Shown piece by piece: positions 50,490 through 64,000 of a DNA stretch of 64,000 bases. Position 1 is the stretch's first letter; the number at the start of each line of letters is the position of its first letter. The translations under genes and the position numbers were made by a program. The notes below the pieces were generated by a model, which saw only the letters and a program-made list of their open reading frames with translations, searched no databases and was not told the DNA's origin. Origin of the DNA: Octopus bimaculoides (lineage: Eukaryota); contig NC_068981.1 of NCBI RefSeq assembly GCF_001194135.2, positions 60,433,085 to 60,497,084 of the forward strand. The letters run 5' to 3'.

Positions 50490-52570
50490 GTGGTGACATT
50501 CTGGGATTGCCTCATTAAGCTATACCGACAGAAGAAAGAGGCCTTTTCCTGCTTGGGAAGATCGCCTCCGGTAATCTGGCAGGGTCACCCAAGGCGGGCA
50601 GGTTGATGTCGAACCCAAACCGGCAAACGGGGTTCTGGTTACCTGCATGGGGAACAGCATAGCAGGTGTGAAACATTGACGGAAGAACTGTCAACCTAGT
50701 CAACGGTATGGTGCACAAGATGCTGGGCAGAGAAAACCAAAACAGATCAATGGCCAGAGTCAACCAGTTCAGTCAGAGAAATACTGCGATCATCAATAGG
50801 CGTGGCTTACATTGATGATTATACTGAATTATCGAAAGACTAGTCATGACTACAAATCATTACAGAAACTCATACCACATCGATCGTCGCGCGGGCTACC
50901 AAGGGTCACGACCAGGGACGCCGGTTCTGGCACCTGCATTCGACAAATCAGCTACAGAACCAAAATCGAAATTTGTCAGATGTAAGCATCCTGTTAAAGT
51001 ATCGACTTTGAAAACTATGTCTCAAATATCAGAACTTGATGCATCGCCTATCAATTTTCTTATTGACATCTGTGTACAGGAACTCCGTCTCTTCCATGAT
51101 GATCACGATTTAAAGCATCACGAACTCGATAACAACTGGACTTTTGTGCTTGTACTTGCATGGAAAGATTCCCTTAATAGCACCACCGGCGGTGTAGGAT
51201 TATTACTCAGTTCGCAAAACCTGAAATCACTAAACAGCATTGAAAAAATAACGTCTAAAAAAATAGCCACTAATTTCAACGTAACCCTTCTACTACTGTA
51301 ACCTGCTGCTACAGCCCAACAAGTGTCAGCGATGAACAAGAGATCATAAATTTTTACAATGACATATCGTCTCTTGTACGATCTATACCAAAACACAACA
51401 TCCTCATCATTGGCGGAGATATGAATGCACAATTAGGCCATGACAATCTCGATCATAAGTACTCGTTCCTTCAAAACTCAAACCGAAATGGAGAACACTT
51501 AGAGCACTTCTCGGTAGAAAACCAACTTCAATGCTTGAACACTTATTTTCTCAAGAGACCGGGAAAGAAGTGGACCCATACTTCCTCAAACGGATCCAAA
51601 GCTCAGCTAGACTATCGTATGGGCACAAAGTAGATTAACAGCTGCCACAACTGTGAAGCATACAACACTTTCTCTGGACATCGAGTGGTAACATTTAAAT
51701 TTCAGGTAAGTCCACGAGCAAACAAGATAAAAGAACCTCAAGACTGCCCTAATACTGGGCTATTTTGATGCACAACGAGAAGGTCCGAAATATTTTCATG
51801 ATTAAACTAAGAAATCGCTTCGCAGCATTACAAGATGCAAACAAAGATCACACCCCCCGAACACAACATATCTCATCTTCGTCCAAGCTCATTATGAGGC
51901 TTCTGAAAAATGCATCCCTTTGAGACCAAAATTGTAACAAAGAACCCCATGGGAAAGCGATACAGTGCTCGCAAAAAGAATTAACATAAAAGAAATAATC
52001 AAACAGCACAACAGGAATCCTACGAAAAGAAACTTAAATAGAAAAACGAAGGCGCTGAAAGAACTTAGTGTGTTATATCAGACGGAAGAGCAAAAATGCA
52101 CTCAAAGCCAAACCAACAAAATAAAAAATGCAGCAGACAACAAACAGTCTTTCTTGGCGTAGCAGACAGTAAATGAAGTGAGTGGTCGGAAGAAATCCTG
52201 CAAACTCAAACTGAAATGGAGAACTCCAGAGTGTTACGTGCAGTGCTTAACATTTCTTGGATGGAGCACCCAACAAAACAACGGTTATATAGGAAGGTAC
52301 AAACTTTTTCATCAACCATCCAAGAGCGGAGATTGAAGTTTGCTGGCCACTGCTGGAGAAGTAAAGAAGAACTTTGGAGTAATATGTTGCTGTGGACACC
52401 AAATCGTGGTACTACGGCGGCTGGAAAACCAGGCAAGACGTATATACAGCAGCTTGCAGAAGATGTTGGATGCCAAGTTGAATATCTAAAAACACTAATG
52501 ATGATCGGGAGGGATGGAAGGAGGTAGTCAGGCTGGCTCGGGCAGTCATCCTGACTGAATGATGCTTCGA
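50490..52570 (+). mobile_element. RTE-clade LINE: 5' UTR, APE endonuclease and C-terminus, RT core absent
   Basis: TTGGVGLLLS; CYSPTSVSDEQE; IIGGDMNAQLG; NRNGEHL; KKWTH...KAQLDY; then RKKSCKLKLK joined at ~52215 to RVLRAVLNISWMEHPT...RRLKFAGHCWRS...TYIQQL. Confidence 0.85.
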
Positions 52571-53169
52571 TAAAAAAGAAGAAAAAAAAAAGATTTTGGG
52601 AATTCAGCTTTGACTGCAATAATTTTCTTACTGTCCTTGTGTACTCACTACAGGTAATTTGTTTCATTTCTTCATTTTTTAATTTTGTCTGCTTCCATTA
52701 TTCCAAGTACTTATACCACTGTCCTTTCTCAACCGCTCTCACTGTTTGCCCATTTGGTATTTCAATTCCCTGCCTTCTTTCAAATCTTCCTCGTTTCATT
52801 TTCAATATAGCGCACTTTTCGATACCAAATTTCATTGCTGTCGAACTAGGCGTTTACAATTGATTCTCCGAATAAAAAGATTTCATTAGATGAAATAAAA
52901 TTTTGACAGAAATACTCGTGTACATATAACTTCTTAATGTTTGAATTCTTCTCCTAAGAGTTGATAGAAAAAAATGTCTTGTTCTATTTTGGGACGGAAT
53001 TTGTGTTATACTGTACTTAACCAGCATAAAAATAGAAGCTGATAGTTCACACCTCGGGAAAACTAAAATTGCAGAAAACAACGCATTTTACACACAAAAC
53101 AAAATTAGAATACTATTTTAATTGCAACACAAAGTATTAGTTGTAACCACGAACATAAGATAAGAAGAT

Positions 53170-53365
53170 TAAGATTTTGATTTCTAATTTTGGCTGAAGG
53201 CTAGTAATTTCGGAAGAGTCGGTTAGATCGATCCCAGTAATCAACTGGTAATTATTTTATTGATCTCGAAAGGTAAAGTCGAAGTTTGAACTCAGGACGT
53301 GAAAACGAACGAAATGTCGCTAAGCATTTTGTCCGGCGTGCTAATGATTCTGCCAGATCACCGTC
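53170..53365 (-). mobile_element. tRNA-derived SINE
   Basis: Same family as 37355-37815. Confidence 0.7.
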
Positions 53366-53921
53366 TTCAGGAATATTTTAATACTGAATTTAAATATATC
53401 GCATAGAAATGTCAACAACAACAACAGCAGCAGCAGTACGCATGATAATATTTGTAAATTTGAAGAACGGAATGATTTTCTTTGCAAATGTTCTTTCAAA
53501 CCAAGAAAATCCCCTCACAATATGGAATATTTACTGAAAGATTAAAAGCCTGGCAGCATTACGTACTTAAAACAGGCAACAGCCTTACACAGTCTCTCAC
53601 AGAGGAGAACGAAAAGAGGTAACTACGCTACTTGTACCAAGGCAACAGGGACCTGTTCCATTAAAGTAAGAGGTACTACCTTCCCCTAAAATTTCAGGCG
53701 TTGTGCCTGTAGTAGTAAGGATTATTATTATTATTACAACTACTAATTCTCAGCTCCCCCTCCACCCCCTCCACCTCCTCCTCCTCCTCCTNNNNNNNNN
53801 NCTACTACTACTACTACTACTACAACCACTACTACTAATACTACTACTGCGGCTGCTGCTGCTGCTGCTACTGCTGTTACTGCTTCTGTTACTGCTGCTG
53901 CTACAGCTACTGCTGCTGCTG

Positions 53922-53970
<49 letters not shown>

Positions 53971-54079
53971 CATCTTGTGGCGAAATATCACTGTAAACCA
54001 GATGCTTGCTATTAGCAACTTCACTACATACAACATTTCATTTTAGTTTTCGGTTTTCTATTTCGTTTAAAAAACGCTT

Positions 54080-54340
54080 TGCAATTATAGAGATTATTTC
54101 TATTTTGTAGTTCCCACATACTCGTTATCACTATTTCCAGATCATTATAATTGAATATATTCTCCATTTCTTTTCAATATATATTATTGTCTACCAGCAA
54201 AAATATTTCGATTAGCATGAACTTCATATCCAGGTATCTTTGAAAATAACATCTGATAACTTCACCTTAATCTTCTTCTCTATGTAGTAATCCCAGAATG
54301 TAATAGCTTTGCCATTTCTTGAGACATTTTCTGGTTTAAG
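54080..54340 (-). mobile_element. Degenerate R4-type endonuclease fragment
   Basis: PENVSRNGKAITFWDYYI...SDVIFKD...YNDLEIVITSMWEL. Confidence 0.6.
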
Positions 54341-54479
54341 TTTATAGAGCCTCTGAGTATTTTTTAATACACCCCGGAATATGAAATCTCTAAATCAGTC
54401 ACACTTGAGTCATGCCTGAGAACGCCAGCCTAAAACAATGCGGTGTCTTCTTCCTTCTTCCTAATCTCCACATGTTTTC

Positions 54480-54905
54480 GCTTCACTAATAAAATATGGT
54501 CTAAACTTTTAGTCTAGATATTCTATTAGTCACGCTTCTTGGAATACAATGCAGTATGTTCCGGGTGATTGGAATTTCGGCTCACATATTTTAAGTTCTC
54601 ATTTGGCTTTTGGAATGGTTCGGATTTCCCATCAATGGGGCTAAGCTTTACGTTTAGAAACTTGACTACTTTGTGATTTTTTCTATTTCAATTTCCAATC
54701 CAAAGTCCTTAAAGAATTTAAAGAGATTTTTCTTGTATCTTTCTATTTCTGCTTTGCGACTTTTTTGTATAGTGAACAGTGCGTCGTCTCTATATAATCC
54801 TCCCCCTTGTTCGGTAACCAATATTCTATTTGCAATAATTGATATATGCCTACTAAATCCGTGACTTGCGCGGAATCGCTAGACCCTATTGTTATGTTGA
54901 ATGAG
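54480..54905 (-). mobile_element. Penelope-type reverse transcriptase fragment
   Basis: FNITIGSSDSAQVTDLVGIY...GGLYRDDAL...KKNLFKFFKDFGLEI...FLNVKL...PFQKPNENLKYV..NSNHP. Confidence 0.85.
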
Positions 54906-55539
54906 GCAACCCTCCCATCGAGTCCATAGCTTACCTCCTTATTATATTATAGTGCCCTAGCAGTTAAAATTATATCTATTTCTTTCCCTAGTTAGGTCTA
55001 ATATTTATGCTTTATTTGGTAGAACTGGGTTTATGGACTGGTGGTACACTGTAGTAGTTTATGAACTGACAGTACACTATGCAAACAAAAACAATTAAGA
55101 GATCATCATAAGAAAGTAGCATTTACCAATTTAGTGAACAAACTCCTCTGTATAGCAGCAGTACTTGACCACTTATTGAGTTCAGAATTTATCGAAGAGA
55201 ATCATGCCTTAAATGAGATCAAACAAAAGAATGTACTACCCATCGTAACATATGCTGAAAGAATAGCAAAATAAATCCACTACGACACACACCTCCATCC
55301 CCATATAATTACCATTACTTCCTCTATTCCCATCACTTTCTACTTCTCTCCACCATATACACACACAAATACCCACATAACTCGTTTGATCTCCATACTG
55401 GTGAAAATAGAAAAACCTCCCCCTGTGGTTCATCCACTAATGTTATATCACCTGAAAAAATGAATAAAAGTTGATCAACCGGATGCCCATGGTTGATCAT
55501 CCGAGGAATGTGGACATGTGATCTTGAAGGTTATGTGAT

Positions 55540-55775
55540 TTGTAGAAACGCGTGTGGCGATGCATCAAGTGTTTATAAATTCCATCCCTGCCTTCGAAAC
55601 GCGGACTAGTTAAAACAGGGGACAACTGATGAAGGGAATGTGCTTTATGTTGCTTGTCTCGTTTCTCTATTTGTTTCTTTCGTTGCTCGAAAACAAAAAA
55701 ATTCGTTTTCCATGATTTTGTTTTCTATGTTTTCGTTTCTCATTTTGATCACGTCCTGTACCCATATATGCATGT
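55540..55775 (+). mobile_element. Penelope-like terminal-repeat fragment (family of 30860-31068)
   Basis: GAAACGCG twice (~55546, ~55597), CAACTGATGAAGGG and a GTCCTGTACCCATATA end. Confidence 0.4.
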
Positions 55776-55777
55776 AC

Positions 55778-55938
55778 GACGGGCTTCTTTCAGTTTCCGT
55801 CTACCAAATCCACTCACAAAGCTTTGGTCGGCTCGAGGCTATAGTAGAAGACACTTGCCCAAGGTGCCACGCAGTGGGACTGAACCCGGAACCATGTGGT
55901 TGGTAAGCAGCTACTTACCACACAGCCACTCCTGCGCC
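55778..55938 (-). mobile_element. Well-preserved tRNA-derived SINE head
   Basis: GGCGCAGGAGTGGCTGTGTGGTAAG (A-box-like)...GGTTCAGTCCC (B-box-like)...GGCACCTTGGGCAAGTG. Confidence 0.85.
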
Positions 55939-56384
55939 TATATATATATATATATATATACGTAAGTCAAAATTATACGCACTCTTGTTTCTGTACTATA
56001 TTAAAACAAAAGTAGGCATTGAGGAATTGCATCATTTTGCGATTAGTCTCTTTGCTCTTGGCTGCAACTCTTCGAATGATCCACAAGCTTATTCCACCAG
56101 AGAAGGTTTTCAGGTGGTTGCGCAGTCATCTATGCACCTCTTTCTGCACTACGTTCTCTTTAGCAAATCCACGATCTCGTAAAGAATATTTAAGTGGCTC
56201 AAAGACGTAATAATCGGAAGGCGCGATATCTGCACTGTATGCATCGATTTCAGTGATTTCGACGGTTTGGGCGGCCGTATATAGACGTGTATTTTCGCAT
56301 AATAATAGTAAAAACTATAGACCTCGGCGTTTGGAGCAAATGGCTGGTTTAAGTCTGTTGGTAAACATTTCTCTGTAGCTTGAG

Positions 56385-57040
56385 GTTTTAGACCCATTCT
56401 CGGTAGGGTTCCATTACAGGCCCTTCTTTATCCCCAGAAAACGATTAGGTTCATTATTTCAGTGGAAGTTTGAGTCGTGAATATATTTTTCCTTAGTAAT
56501 TCTGAGTGATTCCACTCCATACTCTGCCTTTTGGATTCTGACGCAAAGCGATGGACCCATAATTCACCTCCTGGAACTCTTCTCTCCAAAAACGCTTCGC
56601 CGTCATAGTAGGACGGGTTGTGTAAGCCATCTTAGCACTCATCTCGCACAGACTTTATGGACGCCAAGCTTGTGGTGGATGATTTCGTACGCAGACCCAT
56701 AACTAATTTGCAGAGAACATGCCACATAATTATTCGCCTGAGTCAGGTGTCGAGCTTGTGGGATTTTCACGTTAGTGGTGGAGGTTGACGGGCATATCGC
56801 ACCTAAAGCCTGCGATGTATTTCACCTCTCGACACACCTTCAGACAATAATATCGGGTCACTAATCTCTGTTCTTCCTAGGAGTATACTGCCAGCAGAAT
56901 GACCATGTTTACTCTGTAACACAAGAAAGAAAACTAAAGTGAAGAAATTCAAACTCAGTTTCACAACCACAAGAATAACACTTTTAAGCATGCAAGTGCT
57001 GAAGGCAGTGTAAGCCAATCTAAAGAAACATTTTGGTGAA
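56385..57040 (-). mobile_element. Decayed mariner transposase
   Basis: LQISYGSAYEIIHHKLGVHKVCAR.V...WVHRFASESKRQSMEWNHSE...TQTS...VFW across frames. Confidence 0.75.
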
Positions 57041-57076
57041 AATGTGATTAAATTTTGGCTTCCTTTCGTCTCTATC

Positions 57077-57123
<47 letters not shown>

Positions 57124-57429
57124 NNNNNNNNNNNNNNNNNNNNNNNNNNNNNNNNNNNNNNNNNNNNNNNNNNNNNNNNNNNNNNNNNNNNNNNNNNNNN
57201 NNNNNNNNNNNNNNNNNNNNNNNNNNNNNNNNNNNNNNNNNNNNNNNNNNNNNNNNNNNNNNNNNNNNNNNNNNNNNNNNNNNNNNNNNNNNNNNNNNNN
57301 NNNNNNNNNNNNNNNNNNNNNNNNNNNNNNNNNNNNNNNNNNNNNNNNNNNNNNNNNNNNNNNNNNNNNNNNNNNNNNNNNNNNNNNNNNNNNNNNNNNT
57401 ATGTATGTATGTATATGTGTAAATCTATG

Positions 57430-57605
57430 TGTGTTTGCCTTTCTGTCTGTGTTGCTCCCCCATCACCGCCTCACAATCGCTATTGTCAATCGGCAAAAGA
57501 GACTACCTTATGAAAAAAATAAGTACTGGGGTAGATTTGCTCGACTAAAACACTTCAAGGCGGTGCTCCAGCTTGGCCAGAGTCAAATGACTGAAACAAG
57601 AATAT
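57430..57605 (+). mobile_element. SINE tail
   Basis: CGGCAAAAGAGAC...AATAAGTACTGGGG...CGACTAAAACACTTCAAGGCGGTGCTCCAGC...GACTGAAACAAG. Confidence 0.7.
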
Positions 57606-58083
57606 ATTTTTGATCGAATCCCGAATGCGTTAACACGGGATCACCTAACGACAATGTAAACTTCATGTAATCAATGTATTCATGGCCTGAAAAGTAGCTT
57701 GCAGCCTACTCCACGTTTGGATAATTTACTACTTCCAAGGTTCCGCTATCTATGAAGCATATGCAGCCTGGATGTTATCTACTTAATTCCCTAATCTTTG
57801 AATGTATATTCGCATATACAACAACCCCTGTTGCTAACCGTGAACTATAAAATTAGCTTATCGCACTTCGATTCACAACCTTCTTCGCCAATAGATCACC
57901 ATTGCTGCTGAAAGTTGTTTTCTATATCTTCTACGGATTTCTTGAAGCTCACTAACTTCCTACACATTGATCTTTGGATTTTACCTTTATACCCCCCACA
58001 CATCTGTATATCTATAACTATCCATCTTCCTCTCTCTATCTCTGTCTCTGTCTCTGTCTGTCTGTCTGTCTCTGTCTGTCTCT

Positions 58084-58124
<41 letters not shown>

Positions 58125-60797
58125 CATACATACATACATACATACATGCAAGTTGTTTTTCTTCATTTTTGCACACGCAAATATTAGGAAATAGATATAT
58201 CTTATCAAAGATATTATTTTAGTGAATATATCTAAATGATTAATTAGTATTACATGCGACAGCTAATTTCCTTTTTATTTTCTGTTCTTAGATAATTTTC
58301 TTCATATGATTTTGGACCATCAGCTGTCGTTTTATAGAAAACATATAGTCGCTCATACGATCACACAAATATAAGCAGTGGCGTATGGTGATAGTTGTTT
58401 TGGGTGTGATGCCTCACACAATGTCACCAAATTTGAAACAAGGGTGTAACAAAAGATTTCTATTAAGATATGTGATTAAATTAATGAGTAATGTTAATAT
58501 TTATAACGAATTTGTCATTTTCGATGGGTGTGCAACGAACACCTAACACACTCGGAATATACACACCTGAATATAAGCAAACCCTGAATTATACATATTG
58601 TAGTGTAAACAAGTAGACCGACAAGTAAATACAAATGTGTTCTTCCTCAGATTGCAAATAAAATGTAGGATAATCCATTAAAGGATAAAAATATTATAAA
58701 CATGAAGGATGGGGAACATTGTCTGCCTTCTCGCATCTATGTTCCAATCAAGCAGTATCACTATGCAGTATCTCGAACAGTTGGAAATAGAATCCGAATC
58801 TACCTCAAGCCATATCCTACTGTCTCTCAAAAGGAAGGCTATGCCCTCTAAAATGCTGGGATGGTCTTGACTTGAAAGCTCTTGATGATAGTTCTGTTTA
58901 ATCATGGTTGAAGAGAACTAAAATTAAACAATAAAACTGGCAGACATCTATTTACTATCGTCCATCATCTATCGATAAAATTATTAGCGCTAATATACAA
59001 GATATAGTGATTACATTTTAATTTGAATCATCCGTCTCGTATTTATGTAAAATAACCAAATTTTTCTGTAATATGAAGAGGAGTAGTTAAGAGAAACGTA
59101 TTTGTGCAAAATTAAATAATCGATTTGTGCTGTTTCCATTCTACTGACGTAAAAAAAAGAAATTACTACACTGTTTTCTCAAGATTCAGATTTCGTTAAA
59201 CCCGAAATGTACAGCTGGTGTGATATATCAGTTGGGTTTAACGATCTTCTCCGATGGGTTTTGAAAAGATAACAAAATGAAATTAAAACAGGAGGTCATG
59301 AACTCGACCAATTAATCAAAACCAGAACCTAGAGAAGTAGTGTGCACACAGCAAGAGATGCATGTTACTTTTACAGCCTCATCCGCTGTGTTTCAATAGG
59401 CAGATAAAATGGTGGCGCCTACCTACTCTCCAGGGTTGGTTAGCTATTTCCTTCGCTACCTGTGCTCTACCACCCTTTGACAAGCTCTATTTTTAATCCT
59501 GCTAATTCTCACACACCTCTTCATCCAGTAAACTGGAAGTTGGCCGTTTTCTCGCCAACCACTCGACACACAGGAAAACTGTTGCCGCACAATACTGTTG
59601 TAACGCTACTGAGGCAATTTTAAGAGCTTAAAAAAAGCTAAAAAAAAAAAAACCCAAAAGAACAAAAACAAAACGAAAAACTCACTGATATTAACAATTT
59701 GGATAGACATTTGTTTAGAAGCAAGAAAATGATATTCACAGCTGTTTTCTTCCCCACATTACCGCCTTCTTCATAGATAACGTTAAGAGATTTCTTTTCT
59801 TACTTTTTTCACATATTTATCTAATTTCTGATAGGATAGTCTTATTAGATAAACGTCCAGAAATCAACTAAAAATAAATGCGCATCATAATAAAATGATA
59901 TCCATCAAGAAGCGTAAATTACTTACCAACTATTGAATCGAAAAAGATGGGTGTAGTCTATAAATAAGATACGAGTTAGTCTGACGAGTAGTATGACGCA
60001 AAGAAAATCAAATTTACAAACTCCGCCATTTCCTGAAGAATTTACAATATCAAACATCAGTACTCAGTAATTGGTGCAATGGAACCATGCAGTATTTAAA
60101 TAAATCTATATATTAAGTTCTTGCTTTAATTCCTTGCATGTAGCAGTTTCAGCGTGTTTATGCGTGTTATCTTTTATGTATTGTTTCTTGAAGCAGATCA
60201 GCGACTTAGCTAAAACTCAACATTTTTTACACATGAGAATTTTGAATCGCATGCTCAAGCTAACGCAAAATCATTATGCCTGGTACATTCCTTCTTACTA
60301 GAAACTGAGCCATATTTGTAAGATAAACGCATTAAATCACTCATTCTCAGGTTGAGGGTGAGCAGATAAACAGCAAGTCGACTAATTCAGCTTTAACTCT
60401 TACAGACTCAACAACTTAGCCAGGGCAATTGATTTTTTATGCTTTTATTAGATAAGTACTGGAGCTAATATGTGTTACCCTTCAGAGATGTAACCAGTAT
60501 AGGGCCAGTTCATCTTGCCGAGCGTTGTGTGTACTACAGGTGCTAGCAAGGAAATTATGTGGCCAGTTTTCAAATCCTTAATATATATGCTTCACTTCAC
60601 TCAATAGTTACAGATATCTCCCGAAATATATTTGTCCTTATTACAACTTCGTGCTTTATTATACATCAATTTGTTCTGTCTGTGTTACATTAATTTTTGA
60701 GAGGAGATTGTAACTCCACAATCAATATTTCTTCCTTTATGGAGAAAAGAAAGCTATGAGCGTTAAGATTTTCTTCATGACGCAACGTAACCAATTC

Positions 60798-60854
<57 letters not shown>

Positions 60855-62381
60855 GGATAAAAGAATACGTGAAAAAAGAACTGGAAGGAGAAGAGTGTGA
60901 TAGGGAGAAGAGAGTGTGTGACGGAAGAGAAGGGAGTCGTACTTTATTTAATAATAGTGTAATGATGGAAAGCAAATTTGAAAACTGGGATGTGAAATCC
61001 GAATATAGGAAGCCGGAGCCAGAACAGATATCACAAAACAGTTCATCCGACACTCAAACATATTGCAAAGCCGGCACCTCTAGAAAGAAAGATATGATTA
61101 TGTAAAGCCTTTCACAAGTGTGATCCTTGATGTAGGTTTCACTTCACACCTGGAGCATGTTCACTTCACTTCGGTAGGTAATACACAAAAAAAAAAAAAA
61201 GCTTAAATATCACCCTGCATCAAAATATTTTAGATGCTAGAGATTTTTTTTAGATTCACCATTTATAACATTTTCATTTCAGTTATGTTGGTGAGTGGTA
61301 CAAAGTTAACAGAAGTTTGTTCCGGATGAAGTCATTTGTGACTTAGTTTTGCTTTCCTAGTTGCTGCTAAGTGGAAAGTGCGGACTTAGCAACTATTCAG
61401 ACTTGCGTGTAGGTGCGATGTTTCTCTTAGCTTTGTATTAGTACTATTTAAGAATTTTATGAATGTTTCCTTAAGTTTATAGATTGGTAACTTTGAGACA
61501 CGGTACTTGCAAAGAAGCCCAAGGTCAGTATGCGCACTGCTACAAGCATTTAGACAAGAATTCAGTGGTTGTCTCCTTTATGTTTATCCTGCAAGCATTC
61601 AGACTGGGAATAGGTTATATAATGAGGATTTGTAAAAGACATGACTACTACCACTCCTCCACCGACCCACAAAAATGAAACAGCTAAATACATAATAAAT
61701 AAATGAATGGACCTCATTAATATTACATGTTTGCTCACCTAACATTTCGGTTCTTATTTCCAGCATCTACCAACAAAACATTAAGTACGACCTCTTTCTC
61801 TTATCGATAAATAATGTAGCAACTATCGGATAAGGAATATATTAAGTAAGCACTCCATTTGAAGTATGTATTTTTTTCGCCATTCTTCGCAGCAAGTTAT
61901 GGCTAATAAGAACATCTAAACATGCGTATTTACATACCACTCGACGTTTCTTATGTAACAGAGAAAATACACACACAGGATAGATTTCTCATGAGCGGGG
62001 TTTCCTTAGCTTCAGTCAATAGATTTGGCTTGGTTATTTATTTCTAACGCTATCTTGCTAGCTTGGATCAATAACAATAAAATATCAGAACTATTGCTAT
62101 AATGGTTGTCTAGTACCACTGTGTAGCATTGACTTATACATGGAACCTGTAGAGAATCTAAATAATATTGATTTATACACAAAGCGCAGATAGAGTGAAT
62201 AGTGATATAAGGTTTAAAAATCACAAATGCTATCCTCCAAACTTTGTAATGTTTAATTTTCTTGCGTGAAAAACTTAGTAAATATTAATCTTAGGTTGTA
62301 CATTTGTGAAAAGTTATTTGATCTGAGATGATGCGGTAGAACTATTGTAAATTACTTGGTCATACAAACACTGAAGCCACA

Positions 62382-62454
<73 letters not shown>

Positions 62455-62632
62455 ATCTATCAGCATATTCATCTTTGTGCCTGTGTGCGTGCGCGAGCGT
62501 GAATATGCATGTGTGTGTATGTGTGTGTGTGTGTGAGTGCGCGCGCGTCTGTCCTTGTTCATCTGTGTGATTATTAGTCATCTACACTGTATCATGTCTG
62601 TTTATATGCATGTTTATCTGTGTCTGTTTGTG

Positions 62633-62670
<38 letters not shown>

Positions 62671-62682
62671 GATGTATGTATG

Positions 62683-62719
<37 letters not shown>

Positions 62720-62889
62720 NNNNNNNNNNNNNNNNNNNNNNNNNNNNNNNNNNNNNNNNNNNNNNNNNNNNNNNNNNNNNNNNNNNNNNNNNNNNNNNNN
62801 NNNNNNNNNNNNNNNNNNNNNNNNNNNNNNNNNNNNNNNNNNNNNNNNNNNNNNNNNNNNNNNNNNNNNNNNNNNNNNNNNATTACGAT

Positions 62890-63166
62890 CATAAAATCAT
62901 GAGTTTAATTCCTGGCGACGCGGTGTTTCCTTGAGCAAGTCACTTTATTGCACATTGCTTCAGTTCACTTAGCTGGCAAAAATGAGTAGTAGCTGTTTTT
63001 CAAAGGACGGCCTTGTCACATTGTGTCACGCTGAATCTCCATGAGAACTACGTTAAGGGTACGCGGACGTGTGTGGAGTGCTCAGCCACTTGGACGTTGA
63101 TTTCACGAGCAAGGTGTTGCGTTGATCGGATCAATTGGAATTCTCTTCGTCGTAACCGACGGAGTG

Positions 63167-63170
<4 letters not shown>
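62890..63170 (+). mobile_element. SINE (family of 1-256 and 38065-38370)
   Basis: CCTTGAGCAAG...GAGAACTACGTTAAGGGTAC...GTCGTAACCGACGGAGTGCC followed by (TC)n. Confidence 0.75.
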
Positions 63171-63219
<49 letters not shown>

Positions 63220-63299
63220 GTCTATCTACCTATGTATGTATGCATGTAAGGAAATGTTGACAGTAATTCTTTCTAAAAATTAATATAACTCCACAAACA

Positions 63300-63640
63300 T
63301 AACATTAATATGTATGAGGTAGAAGTTACTGCAACCCTAAATAATAATACAACAGAAAAGAAGACCTGTATTGGATTATGTGAAGGAGAATTTAAAAATC
63401 ATTATGCCAATCACATGACCTCCTTCCGATATAAGGACATAAGCAAAGATAAGTGATTAAGAGGAAAGTAACTGAGAAATCTATAACTTTTGTTAATGTA
63501 CCGAATAAATGTAGGCTTTGTTTAGCTCAAAGAGCGCACATCCTATTCAAATCTAAGATCCCTGACTCCCTTCTGAACTATAGGTCTGAAATATTCAGCG
63601 GTTGCAAGCATATGTATAAATTTATTTTGAAGAATTGGAA
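63300..63640 (+). mobile_element. Penelope GIY-YIG endonuclease fragment
   Basis: NMYEVEVTA...KTCIGLCEGEFKNHYANHMTSFR...KCRLCLAQRAHI...LLNYRSEIFSGCKH..KFIL. Confidence 0.85.
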
Positions 63641-64000
63641 AATTCCGCTTATTACTGTTGGTATTTTTTCATGTCTTATACCTTAAGGTTTAAAGGGGGA
63701 TAACTCTTTTACTTTTTATACCTTTTACTTGTTACATTTTAGTCATGTGTGCTTTCCTTTACTGTTTGTCATTTTCCATTTTTTTTTTAACCTTTGGAGT
63801 TTTCTATATGCTGCTTTCTCAATTGTTTTGTGTTTCTTCTCTTATTCCTTTTTTTCACTTCGTTATGATATGTAGTTTCTGCCTGGTGAATATATATTTG
63901 AGATATTTCTAAACACGTTAAACTAATAGTAGCATTTAAAGACATGTATGGTATCCTTTAAGTAAATAATATTTATTTCTCACGAGATGGAGTACTTTCT

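Noticed and set aside
50560-50650. HDV-like ribozyme in the RTE 5' UTR (GCAGGT/ACCTGC and GAACCC/GGGTTC helices)
   Set aside because: Nested hairpins are visible, but I could not assign the P1/P1.1/P2/P3 double pseudoknot by eye; a descriptor search would be needed.
60869-61105. 78-aa charged ORF after (GA)n; also the 75-aa minus ORF at 58678-58905
   Set aside because: No recognisable domain and no convincing splice-site pair; the length is within chance expectation.
63872-63926. Hammerhead remnant downstream of the Penelope endonuclease (CTGGTGA...TAAACACGT); a similar trace lies at ~10020-10085
   Set aside because: Both core halves are mutated and stem II is not convincing; the position is suggestive only.

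Overview
AT-rich, gap-riddled eukaryotic (not prokaryotic) DNA. The SINE, Penelope and R4 repeat families and the dense (TA)n/(CA)n/(ATT)n microsatellites suggest a cephalopod, most likely an Octopus draft scaffold; this is an inference from recalled repeat families, not a search. One host gene is supportable: a minus-strand class A (rhodopsin-like) GPCR of the FMRFamide-receptor-like/orphan peptide-receptor type. It has two coding exons (39257..38965 and 8376..7362) joined in phase across a 30,588-nt intron (gaps included), giving about 435 aa. A splice acceptor 6 nt before its ATG implies a further upstream exon. The rest is decayed transposable elements: Penelope-like elements (RT and GIY-YIG remnants), R4/Dong-type and RTE LINEs, Tx1-like pieces, mariner and probable Chapaev3-type DNA transposons, and tRNA-derived SINEs. 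Most interesting signals: (1) several minimal type I hammerhead-ribozyme-like motifs, one with intact helices and an atypical CUGAGUA core lying sense inside the GPCR intron; (2) two LINEs of different clades that both lack the RT core; (3) R4 fragments bounded by (AAT)n and truncated at nearly the same point; (4) inverted-repeat structures in the GPCR transcription unit; (5) a GC-rich 9-bp G4-type minisatellite. Most ORFs in the supplied track are artefacts of N gaps or microsatellites. Repeat boundaries are approximate, read by eye.
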